The notes under the pieces were generated by a model, which made no database searches, was not told the origin of the DNA, and was given only the letters and a program-made list of their open reading frames with translations. Of a stretch of 64,000 bases of DNA, positions 51,929 through 61,546 are shown in pieces. This stretch comes from Nitrospirota bacterium (GTDB lineage Bacteria; Nitrospirota; UBA9217): positions 128,001 to 192,000 of the forward strand of contig CAVVUN010000012.1 in assembly GCA_963751455.1 (NCBI GenBank), in the 5' to 3' direction. Each line of letters begins with the position of its first letter. Position 1 is the stretch's first letter. Made by a program: the position numbers and the translations under genes.

Positions 51929-53515
51929 ATGGATATTTGCATGAAGATAAAGAAAATACGAACCATGCGTAAAGACGTCGAATTCCCGCTGCCGTTACAG
52001 GGCCTTCCTCAGGAAGGCTCATCCTGCCTTCTCCGCTCCCTTGAACAGAAAAAAGCGGAACAACTTACGGGAACGATGGCGGAAAACTACGGGAAAAAAC
52101 TGGGGATGACCAGGCGGGAATTTCTGCGTTCCGGAGGCGGCATGGCCGTATGCTTCATGGCTATGAACTCGGTTTTCGGCCATTTTTTCTCCGTTGACCG
52201 GGCGGAAGCCTTCGACCCGGGGTTTGCGGAAGCCCGGCGTAAATCCCTCTCGGACCAGCTCATCTTTGACGTGCAGACGCACTTCGTGAGTCCGCATTAT
52301 TCTTCCAGGTCCCTTCTCGGCTTGCGGGAACTGGCAAAGCAATGGAACCCGAAGCTGCGCGGGGAAAAACAGACCCTGGACAAAATCCACTTCGATAATT
52401 ATTACAGGGAAATATTCGAGCAGAGCGATACGAAAGCGGCGCTTCTCACGAGCGCTCCCAATGACGACCCTGATCTGTGGTTTCTTCACAATGATGAGAT
52501 CGCAGCAACAAGGGAAAGAGTAAATGCCAGGGCTGGCGGAAAAATCATGTTTTCCCATGCGGTCTTCACGCCGGGACATCCCGGGTGGATGGACGAACTC
52601 GACCGGGCCATTGATCAGTACAAGCCCGATGCCTGGAAGGGCTATACTGTCGGCGCGCCGGCGTCGTCCTCAAAATACCCCTGGCGCCTTGACGATGAGA
52701 AGCTTGTATATCCGGCATATGAGAAGATGCTGAAGGCGGGCATCAGGAATGTATGCATCCACAAAGGACTGCTGCCGTCGTCATACAGGAAAAGGATGCC
52801 TGATACCTGGAAGTACGGCGGTGTGTCCGACGTAGGCAAGGCCGCAAAGGACTGGCCGGGAATCAATTTCATCATCTATCATTCCGGACTTGAGCACGGG
52901 GCGCCCCCCACCGCGCGTGAAGTCGGGGCGTTTGAAAAATCCGGGTCTATTCCGTGGATAAGCGATCTTGCAGCGGTGCCCGAAGCATACGGGGTCACTA
53001 ACGTTTACGGGGAAATAGGATCGACATTCGCCATTTCTGCGATCAGTCAGCCCCGTTACTGCGCGGGCATCCTGGGAACGTTGATAAACCTGAAAACGGC
53101 GGTTCGGGACACGGGAAAACCGGTAACAACGGATAAAAGCGGAAGAAGAATCAACTTCTCATTATGAAAAAGATTTATCCATTTGGTGAATGGCTCATGC
53201 TTGAATTTTTAATATTTTATCCGCCTTTTCCGCCGTTATCCGTGTCCAACTGCTGTTTCTAGGATAAAAGGGCTTGGGCCGCGCGGGGTCATCTGGGGCA
53301 CCGATTCCGTATGGTACGGGTCGCCGCAATGGCAGATCGAGGCCTTCCGTCGGCTGGAAATCCCTGAAGATTTACAACAGCGGTTCGCATTCACGCCTCT
53401 TGGTCCCGCAGAAGGTCAGGTGAAGAAAAGCATCTTCGGAGATAACGCGGCGGGTCTTTTCGGGCTTCAAATACCGCGCGCAATGAGTAAGCGAAGCGGA
53501 TTAAGCACGGGTTGA
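51929..53515 (+). pseudogene. amidohydrolase-family protein interrupted by a MITE
   Basis: TRREFLR, DVQTHF, CIHKG, IYHSG; the C-terminus IKGLGPRGVIWGTDSVWYGSPQWQIEAFRR resumes in frame at 53264 and stops at 53513-15. Confidence 0.9.
53089..53263. mobile_element. MITE family B variant, 5-bp TSD ATAAA
   Basis: CCTGAAAACGGCGGTTCGGGACACGG...ATCCGTGTCCAACTGCTGTTTCTAGG; ATAAA at 53084-88 and 53264-68. Confidence 0.9.
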
Positions 53516-53519
53516 AAAA

Positions 53520-54992
53520 TCAGTTATGCGCGGGCACCCCGTCATCCCGAAGGAGGGTGTGTGCCGCGCGGTGCCTGTGAGCGACAGCCGGATTTTTAGA
53601 TGTCTCCCTCGCGCTCATGACTGCCTGGCGCTCGTCCAGCTTAAAGGACTCTATCCTTCCCTGCAGCTGTTCCGCCTCGGAAGACAGCTTTTCCGCTGTT
53701 GAGGTCATTTCTTCGGCTGCAGAAATATTCCGGACGATTACGTTATTCAGCTGCACAACGGCCGAATTTATCTGCTCCGCCCCCGCGGCCTGTTCCTTCG
53801 AAGCCGCGGAAATCTCCTGCACGAGTTCCGCTGTCTTCTGGATATTGGGCACAAGCTTCGTAAGCATTGCACCGGCCCGCTCTGTGATCTTCAGGCTCGA
53901 GGTAGTCAGCATGCCGATATCTTTGGCAGCATCCTGGCTCCGTTCCGCCAGCTTTCGGACTTCCGCTGCTACAACGGCAAAACCTTTCCCGTGCTCGCCT
54001 GCCCGGGCCGCCTCGATAGCTGCGTTTAAAGCGAGGAGATTGGTCTGCCTCGCAATCTCCTCCACCACCGATGTCCTGGCGGCAATGTCTTTCATGGCCA
54101 CTACCGTTTTAAAAACCTCTTCTGCGCTTTCGAGCGCATCCCGGGCCGACATTTGGGCGATCTTTTCCGTCTCGGACGCATTACCGGCATTCTGCCGGAT
54201 TGTGGCGTTCATTTCCTCAATCGAGGATGAGACCTCCTCGGCGGTGGCCGCCTGCTCATTCGTGCCCTGGGACATGACGGTTGAACTCCGGGTTATCTGC
54301 TGCGCGGAGGCCGTGGTGCTCTCCGAGCTCTGCTGAAGGCTGACCACCAGCTGCTTGATGTCCGCAATCATCTTGTTCGCCGTCTTTCCGAGATCGCCGA
54401 TTTCGTCTGAGCTGTCGGCAGCGACGCCTTGCGACAGGTCGCCCTGTGCCACCCTGGTCATGGTTTCCTTGAGCGCCTGGAGCGGCCGCACGATCATGCG
54501 ATTCAGGAAATACATCAAAAGCGCGGAGGCTGCGGCGAGGCTGACAAGACCCACGATGCAGAGAAACAGGATATCGCGCATCAACATGTCGAATATTTTT
54601 TCCGTGGAAAAACCGAGGACCACCCTGCCGGCCGAAACTTCGGAAACCAGAATCGGGCGTTCGACTTCAACACGGTGTTCGGAGATTTTGTCCCGTTTGA
54701 GGGCACGCAACGGCTTGCCTTCCTTATTCAGTATCGAGATGTATTGTATCTCTTCTTCTGACATCGCTTTTTGCAGTATTTCGTCCAGAAGCGTGTAATC
54801 CATGGTCAGGAGCGTGTTGCTCGCGATGCCGCTGATCAGGTTTGCCGCCGTACCCGCCTTGCTGCGGGCGCTGATCATTGATTCTTTAAAATGATCGAGG
54901 TAGAAAAATGCGAAGATGCCGGCAACCGTGACGGTCATAAAGCACATCACCAGCGCGGCAAGCTTCGCTTTGAGAGTTGTGAACAGAATCAT
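53520..54992 (-). CDS. methyl-accepting chemotaxis protein
   Basis: Two TM helices, [34 protein letters not shown]. Confidence 0.95.
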   Translation of the reverse strand: MILFTTLKAKLAALVMCFMTVTVAGIFAFFYLDHFKESMISARSKAGTAANLISGIASNTLLTMDYTLLDEILQKAMSEEEIQYISILNKEGKPLRALKRDKISEHRVEVERPILVSEVSAGRVVLGFSTEKIFDMLMRDILFLCIVGLVSLAAASALLMYFLNRMIVRPLQALKETMTRVAQGDLSQGVAADSSDEIGDLGKTANKMIADIKQLVVSLQQSSESTTASAQQITRSSTVMSQGTNEQAATAEEVSSSIEEMNATIRQNAGNASETEKIAQMSARDALESAEEVFKTVVAMKDIAARTSVVEEIARQTNLLALNAAIEAARAGEHGKGFAVVAAEVRKLAERSQDAAKDIGMLTTSSLKITERAGAMLTKLVPNIQKTAELVQEISAASKEQAAGAEQINSAVVQLNNVIVRNISAAEEMTSTAEKLSSEAEQLQGRIESFKLDERQAVMSARETSKNPAVAHRHRAAHTLLRDDGVPAHN

Positions 54993-55020
54993 AGCTTTGT
55001 TCCTCCTCCCCGAATATGAC

Positions 55021-55815
55021 CTATCTTACTCTTACCAGGTTCTTTTCGATGATCGACTGACCCTCGGGGGAAAGGATGAAATCAATGAATTTTTTCGCGT
55101 TTCCCGTCGCCTGGCCCTTAGTGACCAGATTTACTTCGCGTGAAGCCAGGTATTTCTTGTTTTTGACGTTCTCCGAGGTGGGAAGCAGACCGTCGATCCT
55201 GATTGTCTTGACCTTATTCGTGTCTATGACCGCGGTGGCAAGAGGGCCGACCGCTCCCGGGGTATTCTGAACGGTTTCGCTGAGCGTCTTCATGGGCGAA
55301 ATGATGGCCCCCTCGGCGTACGGCTCCTTGCTCATCATGATCTCCTGGAACTCTTCCCTGCATGCGCAGCCGGGGGTGCTGATCACGACCCTGATCGGCT
55401 GGTCCTGGCCGCTCACTTCCTTCCAGTTCCTGATTTTTCCCGTGAGAATGTCCTTCACCTGGCTCGACGTCAGATTGTCAACAGCTATGCTTTTGTTCAT
55501 GACGAGGCCCACTGCTCCGTACGCGATCTTGTATGCAACCACTCCCTGGCCGATCTCCTCCTTCTTGAGATCGCGGGATACGCCTCCCAGCTCGACAGTC
55601 CCGGCCACCACTGCCTTGACGCCCGCACCGGACCCTCCTCCGCTGAGCCCGATCTTCAAACCGGTTTTCTTTTCAAAGATCGGGGCGGCCTCCTTCATGA
55701 CGCTTTCCAGGACCGTTACTGAACCGGCGTAGGTCAGGTCGATCGCTCCCGCCTGGCCGGCATAAGAAAATAAACAAACCGCAATACCAAGAACAACAAT
55801 CATTAGGTTTTTCAT
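55021..55815 (-). CDS. PstS-like periplasmic binding protein
   Basis: Signal peptide, [22 protein letters not shown]. Confidence 0.85.
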   Translation of the reverse strand: MKNLMIVVLGIAVCLFSYAGQAGAIDLTYAGSVTVLESVMKEAAPIFEKKTGLKIGLSGGGSGAGVKAVVAGTVELGGVSRDLKKEEIGQGVVAYKIAYGAVGLVMNKSIAVDNLTSSQVKDILTGKIRNWKEVSGQDQPIRVVISTPGCACREEFQEIMMSKEPYAEGAIISPMKTLSETVQNTPGAVGPLATAVIDTNKVKTIRIDGLLPTSENVKNKKYLASREVNLVTKGQATGNAKKFIDFILSPEGQSIIEKNLVRVR

Positions 55816-56034
55816 CGCATTTCTCCTTATCTTCTAACCGCCGGATAATCGTAACAGGGCCTTCTCGTCATCCCAAGCGGACCGTACATGTTAATATGAG
55901 AGTCGGCATTATTTACAATGAGGCCTTATCGAGCATAATGATGAGGGGCATTCCCGATTTGTTCGCAGTGATTAATCCGCGCGAAGCAATACGTAAAGGA
56001 AAGGGGCACGTCTGCCCCTTTCCTCATTTATCAT

Positions 56035-56550
56035 TTAATCGTCATAAGCGCCGGCAGCGCTGTATGAATAAGGAAGTCCGTTAACAGCCCAACCGTTCTT
56101 TGTGCGGTAACCGCGGGAATCCGCGCCGCCCTCAAAGCCGGTAAGCATGTTCGCGGCCTTGTAGCCCGCAGCTTCAAGGGCTATAGCTGCCTTAACGCTC
56201 CTGGAGCCGCTCCTGCACATCGTAATCAGAACAACGTTCGGATTGTCCTCAAAAATACCTTTTACATCACGCAGAAAAGATGGATTTACCACGAGCGACC
56301 CGGCTATGTCCTTCTCGTAGGGGACATTCACTACTTTTCCTTCCAGGGCCGCGCCTTCTCCCAGTTTGTTTTTGCCGGGATGTCCAACCCATGTCCATTC
56401 CTCTGCCGTCCTTACATCAAGAATAAACGTACCCGGATCGCTTACAGCTGATTCATACGCTTGTTGAGGAGTAACATCTTCATATGCGTACGACGTCACT
56501 GCCAAACCTAATACGAGTAAAGCAAGCGAGAGCAATGCAACTTTTTTCAT
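56035..56550 (-). CDS. exported rhodanese-domain protein
   Basis: Signal peptide, ILDVRT..E, MCRSGSRS, GFEG. Confidence 0.9.
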   Translation of the reverse strand: MKKVALLSLALLVLGLAVTSYAYEDVTPQQAYESAVSDPGTFILDVRTAEEWTWVGHPGKNKLGEGAALEGKVVNVPYEKDIAGSLVVNPSFLRDVKGIFEDNPNVVLITMCRSGSRSVKAAIALEAAGYKAANMLTGFEGGADSRGYRTKNGWAVNGLPYSYSAAGAYDD

Positions 56551-57104
56551 TTTTTTCCATCCTTTCGCAAATTAATTTTAATAAACTAAACTAAGTGTTC
56601 GCCAATGTCTTATCCTCACCTCCTGCCCGGCGCTATTAGTAAAGTAGTAAAACACTAGCAAATGAAAAGCAGTCTGTCAAACCATAGTATTAGTTTTTAT
56701 CTAATTATATTTTTATAGGCTTTTAGTTGTAGGCAAAAACTGTACAAAGTAAATTTCCAGAGAAATAAGCTTCCAAAACAAATATTTGGGTCCAAATGAA
56801 TGGTAATATGAAAATCTGAAAAGATCAGTATTTCTATATTAATTGCACAAAGAAGCAAAAGAGTGCGCTCTTCTGGCTTTTTGTGCCGCCGAAAACGTCG
56901 TGTACTTTTAAGCTTGAGAGCCGTCTAACATCAGGTCATGCAGGGTTTCGGAAGCAAATAAACCGGGTGGTTTGAATGGGGAATGTACTGACGTTGAGAG
57001 AACGAATGTCTTGAATCAAAAATCGCGATTGTTTTAATGTGTCATGGTCAAGAACAACTTGGTGTACATGAACCTCGCCACCACCAAATCGAATGCTGGC
57101 AGCC

Positions 57105-57120
57105 TGTGACTTAAATCACA
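57105..57120. promoter_or_regulatory. CRP/FNR-family box
   Basis: Perfect TGTGA-CTTAAA-TCACA about 70 bp upstream of the lipoprotein gene. Confidence 0.6.
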
Positions 57121-57189
57121 TCACCTTTTTGTCTTAATGTCTATTCTATCTTTAGTCGTACGAAATTGATTGTTAGGAGGACTTTGACC

Positions 57190-58248
57190 ATGAAGAGATC
57201 TCTTTCCGTGATGCTTGCAGCCGCAATCGTAACTGCCGCGATCCTGTACTCGTGTAATGGAGGAAAGACCGGAGCCGGCTCAGGAACAATCGGTCTTTAT
57301 CTCACTGACGATATGTCGCTCTTCAGCCAGGTGACCGCAACCATCAACAAGGTACAACTCATCAATACCGGCAATGAATCAGGTTGTGACCTGCTGGCCG
57401 CCCCTGTCGCTATAAATATCGCCAACCTCGCGGACAGGATGCAGTTGGTAGATGCGACGCAGTGCGCTGCCGGTCCGTATAACCGGTTCCGGCTGCAATT
57501 TGATAAAAGCGTGCAGTTGATGAGCGGAACAACGGGGACTCTCGCGATCTGCTCGTTCACGTCTTACATGGACGAAGGGCATGAAAATCAGCCGAATATT
57601 CTTAACTGTGATCCGGGCACCGGTATCTGCACCCTCGATGTAAACGGGGCGGTGAATGTGCTTGCCGCGCAGGACAACAAACTCGCGCTCGACTTCGATC
57701 TCAAGAATTTCAATGTCGTGAATTTCGGTATGCCTGATTGCGCGGTCACCATGAAGGTCTCGCCCCTCACTCCGAGCCAGATGCGTCAGCACGGCAGCGA
57801 AGCGATTACCGGAATTATTTCCAGCCTCGACACGGAGACCATGACGTTCGACCTTACCCGGGGCAACAGGACTTTCAGCGTTCTCTATTCCGGAATCACA
57901 GCCTCCAGTCAGCCGGATCTCAATACGCTGCTTCAGCGTGCGCAGGCGGACGGCTTGAGGACCCTGGTGACAACGTCAGGCATTGATCTCGGAAATAATT
58001 CTCTTACGGCTTTAACGATAGCAGTGAAGGTCGAAGGGACAGTCTCCGGCCTGGCGAACGCAATCTTTACCGTGAATTATGGGACGGCCGGAAACATCAG
58101 CGTGAATTCCGCCAATGCTGTTGTGGCAGGCGCTATGACGGACGGTTCATGGGTGAATGTAAAATTGATCGGTCATGACGCCATAAGCCATAATTTTATT
58201 GCGAACAAGGTTGAGGTAGAGAGTCCGGGAATGACAACGGAAAATTGA
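57190..58248 (+). CDS. lipoprotein, DUF4382-like with OB-fold repeats
   Basis: Lipobox LYSC, LYLTD, LALDFDL; RBS AGGAGG. Confidence 0.75.
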   Translation: MKRSLSVMLAAAIVTAAILYSCNGGKTGAGSGTIGLYLTDDMSLFSQVTATINKVQLINTGNESGCDLLAAPVAINIANLADRMQLVDATQCAAGPYNRFRLQFDKSVQLMSGTTGTLAICSFTSYMDEGHENQPNILNCDPGTGICTLDVNGAVNVLAAQDNKLALDFDLKNFNVVNFGMPDCAVTMKVSPLTPSQMRQHGSEAITGIISSLDTETMTFDLTRGNRTFSVLYSGITASSQPDLNTLLQRAQADGLRTLVTTSGIDLGNNSLTALTIAVKVEGTVSGLANAIFTVNYGTAGNISVNSANAVVAGAMTDGSWVNVKLIGHDAISHNFIANKVEVESPGMTTEN

Positions 58249-58273
58249 TCGGAGCGGATATCCATCCGATTCG

Positions 58274-58319
58274 GCCGGCAGATCGGGCAGTGGAATGCCC
58301 TGCTCTGCCGGTTTTTTTT
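58274..58319 (+). terminator. intrinsic terminator
   Basis: CCGGCAGA...TCTGCCGG followed by a T run. Confidence 0.6.
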
Positions 58320-58372
58320 GCCCCGCGGAAAAACGCCGGTATGTTGGGGCTCTGCAGAAGTTGAGGCGAAGG

Positions 58373-59306
58373 TTAATTGACCGCGCTTTGGGATTGTCGG
58401 CCCGGCCCGGGCCCTTTCCCGCCGGCTTGTTCCGCTGCTTCCTTCCGCTCAGTGGCGGACCAGTCGTTCAGGCTGTGAGCAGTGTTATGGCAGTTTACGC
58501 ATCTCGGAAACTTCGCCCTGAAGCTGGCCGGATGACGAATCCCGTGGCACTTTTCGCAGGTCGGTATTTCCGTATGCTTTTCCTGGTGACAGCGGGCGCA
58601 CGCTATCCGGTTGTGCTTCGAAGTGTTCCCGCCCAGAAGAGCGGCCTCTTCCAGGTGACACTGCCCGCAGTATTTTGAGGGCATGTCCGCGGGATACGTG
58701 AAGAACTTCGGCATGTGCACGCTGTGGCAGTTCTTGCAGCGCGCAATAACGGTCCCGGCGTGGGGTGTGTTGTGGCACTGTGCGCACTCCGGCTTCTTCT
58801 TGTGGACGTCATGGCAGAAAGACACACCCGAGCGCAGTGTGCCTGCTTGGATTATCGCTCAGCTGCCGAACCTCGACTCCATGGCAGTTGAAACAGCCGG
58901 CTTGAGCGCTAAACGTTATATTCAGCGGAGTATGCGGATTTTTGTGGCAATTGAGGCAGCCGGGCACCTCGAAATGGGACTTCCTTGTTTTCAGATGGCA
59001 CTTCGTACATTCGGCAATCGGCTTTTCCACTTCCGGCGGATGACCGGTATGGCAGCCTATGCACGGGACGCTTCTGTGTTTCCTTCCCGCTGAAGCGATA
59101 TCATTCACCTGGTCGGGATGACAGTTCTTGCATTCTTCTTTTTTATACACGACTGCCGGTTTAGGGGCTATCGGTATATTAGCGGCTGCACGCTTATTAG
59201 GGGCTGCGGGTTTATTAGGGATTGCAGGCGCACCAGGTGAATAAACCGATATCCCAAAAAGTAATATCAGCGCAATCAGTTTTCCTGCTTTTACCCCTTC
59301 GTCCAT
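58373..59306 (-). CDS. dodecaheme cytochrome c with one frameshift near 58820
   Basis: Five CxxCH in ORF 58809-59351, six in ORF 58373-58825, and one split at the junction (GGGTGTGTCTTTCTGCCAT). Confidence 0.85.
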
Positions 59307-59541
59307 GCAACCCATCCCAAAGCAGACCTTTCGTTTCCGACTGATAATCAAAAAAGAGGAGCAATTCGAGACCGGATTATGTCACAGTTTTTAAAAGCAG
59401 TCAACCGGCAGCAGGGCCAATTAACCCGCAACGGCGCGCCCGGTCTTCATATGCCGCTTAACATGGGGGATGTTGCAACATTCTGGGGATTTTATGTTAT
59501 TGATTGACTTATACTGCGGATTCTTTCTCGCGAACGGAGGA

Positions 59542-59615
59542 CCATTCGTGGTGAGCTTGTCGAACCATTCATGGTGAGCCTTGCCGAACCATTCGTGGTG
59601 AGCTTGCCGAACCAT
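59542..59615. repeat. three tandem REP-like units
   Basis: CCATTCRTGGTGAGC(C)TTGYCGAA x3, abutting, no spacers. Confidence 0.85.
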
Positions 59616-59619
59616 CAAT

Positions 59620-60000
59620 TCAGGCGACCGCTCCCTTGGCCGCGCACTCCTGGTTCTCTTTTTTCTTCCCCTTCTCTTTTTTGCCGTTCAACATCCGATA
59701 CCGGGTCCCCCATTTGTGCATGGCTTCCAGAATCGGGCTCAGGCTTTTGCCGATCTCCGTCAGGGAATATTCGACGCGCGGCGGGACTTCCGCGTAGACT
59801 TTGCGCCGGAGCAGATTGTCTTCTTCCATCTGCCGCAGCTGCTGGGTGAGCATCTTCTGGCTGATGCCGTGCACGCCCCGGGAAAGTTCTCCGAAGCGCT
59901 TCGTTCCGGTAAAGATCTCCCGCAGGATCAGAACCTTCCACTTGTTGCCCAAAAGCGCCAACGTGATTTCCACCGGGCATCCCGAATGTTCCGTGCTCAT
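59620..60000 (-). CDS. HxlR-family transcriptional regulator
   Basis: GCPVE..L.LLGNKWK, KMLTQQLR, VPPRVEYSLT. Confidence 0.95.
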   Translation of the reverse strand: MSTEHSGCPVEITLALLGNKWKVLILREIFTGTKRFGELSRGVHGISQKMLTQQLRQMEEDNLLRRKVYAEVPPRVEYSLTEIGKSLSPILEAMHKWGTRYRMLNGKKEKGKKKENQECAAKGAVA

Positions 60001-60028
60001 ACTGGCCTCCTCTTATTCCTTTCCTCAA

Positions 60029-60049
60029 TACTTACTTTTTGGTAAGTAC
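60029..60049. promoter_or_regulatory. palindromic operator between hxlR and the divergent operon
   Basis: TACTTAC-TTTTTG-GTAAGTA. Confidence 0.6.
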
Positions 60050-60196
60050 ATAACAAAATAGTGCCTACTTGCTATTAGAAAGTAACTGGCTTAACATACG
60101 CCAACCGATCGGGAGAAGCAAGCGAAAAAGGGCGGGCAGCCGAACGCGCGCGGCCAGATGTCCGCCCCTGTTGAAATCATGAAAAGGAGAACACAC

Positions 60197-60418
60197 ATGA
60201 ACAGCAGCAAACCTGTAGAAATGGAACTGGAAGCCGGCACCTATTACTGGTGCTCTTGCGGACAAAGCGGCAAGGGACCTTTCTGTAACGGATCTCATAA
60301 GGGGTCCGGCAAAACACCGGTTCAATTCAGCGTTGAGGAAAAGAAAAAAGTATAGCTCTGCAATTGCGGACGCACCAGGACAGCGCCGTATTGTGACGGA
60401 ACACATGATAAAAAGTAA
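60197..60418 (+). CDS. two-motif CDGSH Fe-S protein with an internal in-frame TAG
   Basis: WCSCGQS..GPFCNGSH...KKV*LCNCGRT..APYCDGTH. Confidence 0.85.
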
Positions 60419-60451
60419 ATTGGGTCGGGTTCGTAAATACAAGGAGATATA

Positions 60452-60895
60452 ATGTTGAATAGAATATTTAAGACGGAAAATGACACTGCGGCCCTGGTTC
60501 TCAGGGTCCTGCTCGGGATCGTGTTTCTCCCTCACGGGATACAAAAGGTCCTGGGATTATTCGGAGGAAATGGCTTCAGCGGCACCATGGAATTCTTTAC
60601 CGGGACCCTTGGCATCCCGGCCGTGTTCGCCTTCCTGGCCATCGCGGCCGAGTTTCTCGGTGCACTCGGTCTCATTGCCGGGTTTTTCACCCGCGTAGCA
60701 GCTTTGGGCATCGGCATCATGATTACTGTGGCTGCCCTCATGCTTCACGTCCAGAACGGGTTTTTCATGAACTGGTTCGGCAATCAGAAGGGAGAAGGGT
60801 TCGAATACCACATCCTTGCCGCCGGGATGGCACTGGCCCTCGTGCTCAGGGGCGGCGGAAAATGGTCGCTCGATCGGCTCCTCGCGAAGCAGTAA
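60452..60895 (+). CDS. DoxX family membrane protein
   Basis: PHGIQK, GFFMNWFG..KGEGFEYH, WSLD. Confidence 0.92.
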   Translation: MLNRIFKTENDTAALVLRVLLGIVFLPHGIQKVLGLFGGNGFSGTMEFFTGTLGIPAVFAFLAIAAEFLGALGLIAGFFTRVAALGIGIMITVAALMLHVQNGFFMNWFGNQKGEGFEYHILAAGMALALVLRGGGKWSLDRLLAKQ

Positions 60896-60905
60896 GTGGA
60901 CAGAG

Positions 60906-60939
60906 AAAAGCGGGCCGTTCATCTGAACGGCCCGCTTTT
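60906..60939. terminator. bidirectional intrinsic terminator
   Basis: AAAAGCGGGCCGTTCA-TC-TGAACGGCCCGCTTTT. Confidence 0.8.
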
Positions 60940-61025
60940 GTTCGGTCTCCCCGGGCCTGAACAGGATACGTTAGTGCCAGGAAAAGATCGTCGTTTCTCA
61001 TTTTACTGACTTTTTTTCTCTTATA

Positions 61026-61055
61026 TTCGCAAAAAAAAGCGGAGAGTGGTATATT
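61026..61055 (+). promoter_or_regulatory. putative promoter of the structured RNA
   Basis: TTCGCA-18 bp-TATATT with TG extension; predicted +1 near 61062. Confidence 0.55.
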
Positions 61056-61061
61056 AATTTC

Positions 61062-61363
61062 AAGGCGCTGCCAGACCAACACTGGAAAGTGTAAACGTGT
61101 TTTATCCTCCGTTGAGGGCGTGAAGCGACTGACTTGGCGTGATCGATTAATCGGAAAGCAGTGGCGCCAAAAGCGCTATTAACTGCCGGTTCAAAGATTA
61201 CGGAAAGTTGGAAGTCAAAAGCCCCGCGACCGAAGGATGTACGGTGAAGCCAGCGGGAACGGTTCTGAATTTGCGAAAGCAAAGACGGGAGTGTGAACGC
61301 GAGGAGCACTGAATATTCCAAGGTTCAACAGCAGGAATAAGATGCGGGTCAAAGCAACGCCTT
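61062..61363 (+). ncRNA. unassigned ~300-nt highly structured RNA
   Basis: 5'/3' closing helix, long nested helices with G-U pairs, GGAA and GAAA tetraloops, no credible ORF, promoter before and terminator after. Confidence 0.75.
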
Positions 61364-61381
61364 CTGACTCATTCCCCATTC

Positions 61382-61413
61382 AACCGCCGAGGTCCAACCT
61401 TGGCGGTTTTTTT
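61382..61413 (+). terminator. intrinsic terminator
   Basis: AACCGCCGAGG-TCCAA-CCTTGGCGGTT followed by a T run. Confidence 0.85.
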
Positions 61414-61546
61414 ATTCACAAATAATTGCACGCGTAATTGCTGACTGGTGTATTGAAAGGTGAGATAATTTCAGTAGAGCGATCCATCATCCGTGAGCGC
61501 GCGCTGCACGTCGTCGAAACATGCTGTGCCGGGATCGAAGAAGCAA

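Noticed and set aside
59542-59615. Possible mini-CRISPR array
   Set aside because: Units abut with no spacers, no cas genes are present, and the unit matches a REP also found at 30804.
60998-61321. 107-aa minus-strand ORF
   Set aside because: Non-ATG start, no motif, and antisense to the structured RNA candidate.
61062-61363. Assignment to RNase P, tmRNA, SRP, group II intron or raiA motif
   Set aside because: No GAGGAAAGUCC, tRNA-like ends, SRP GGAA-AGCAG loop or GUGYG/domain V. The 3' CAGCAGG..GGGUCAAAG only loosely recalls raiA from memory and the rest does not align by eye.
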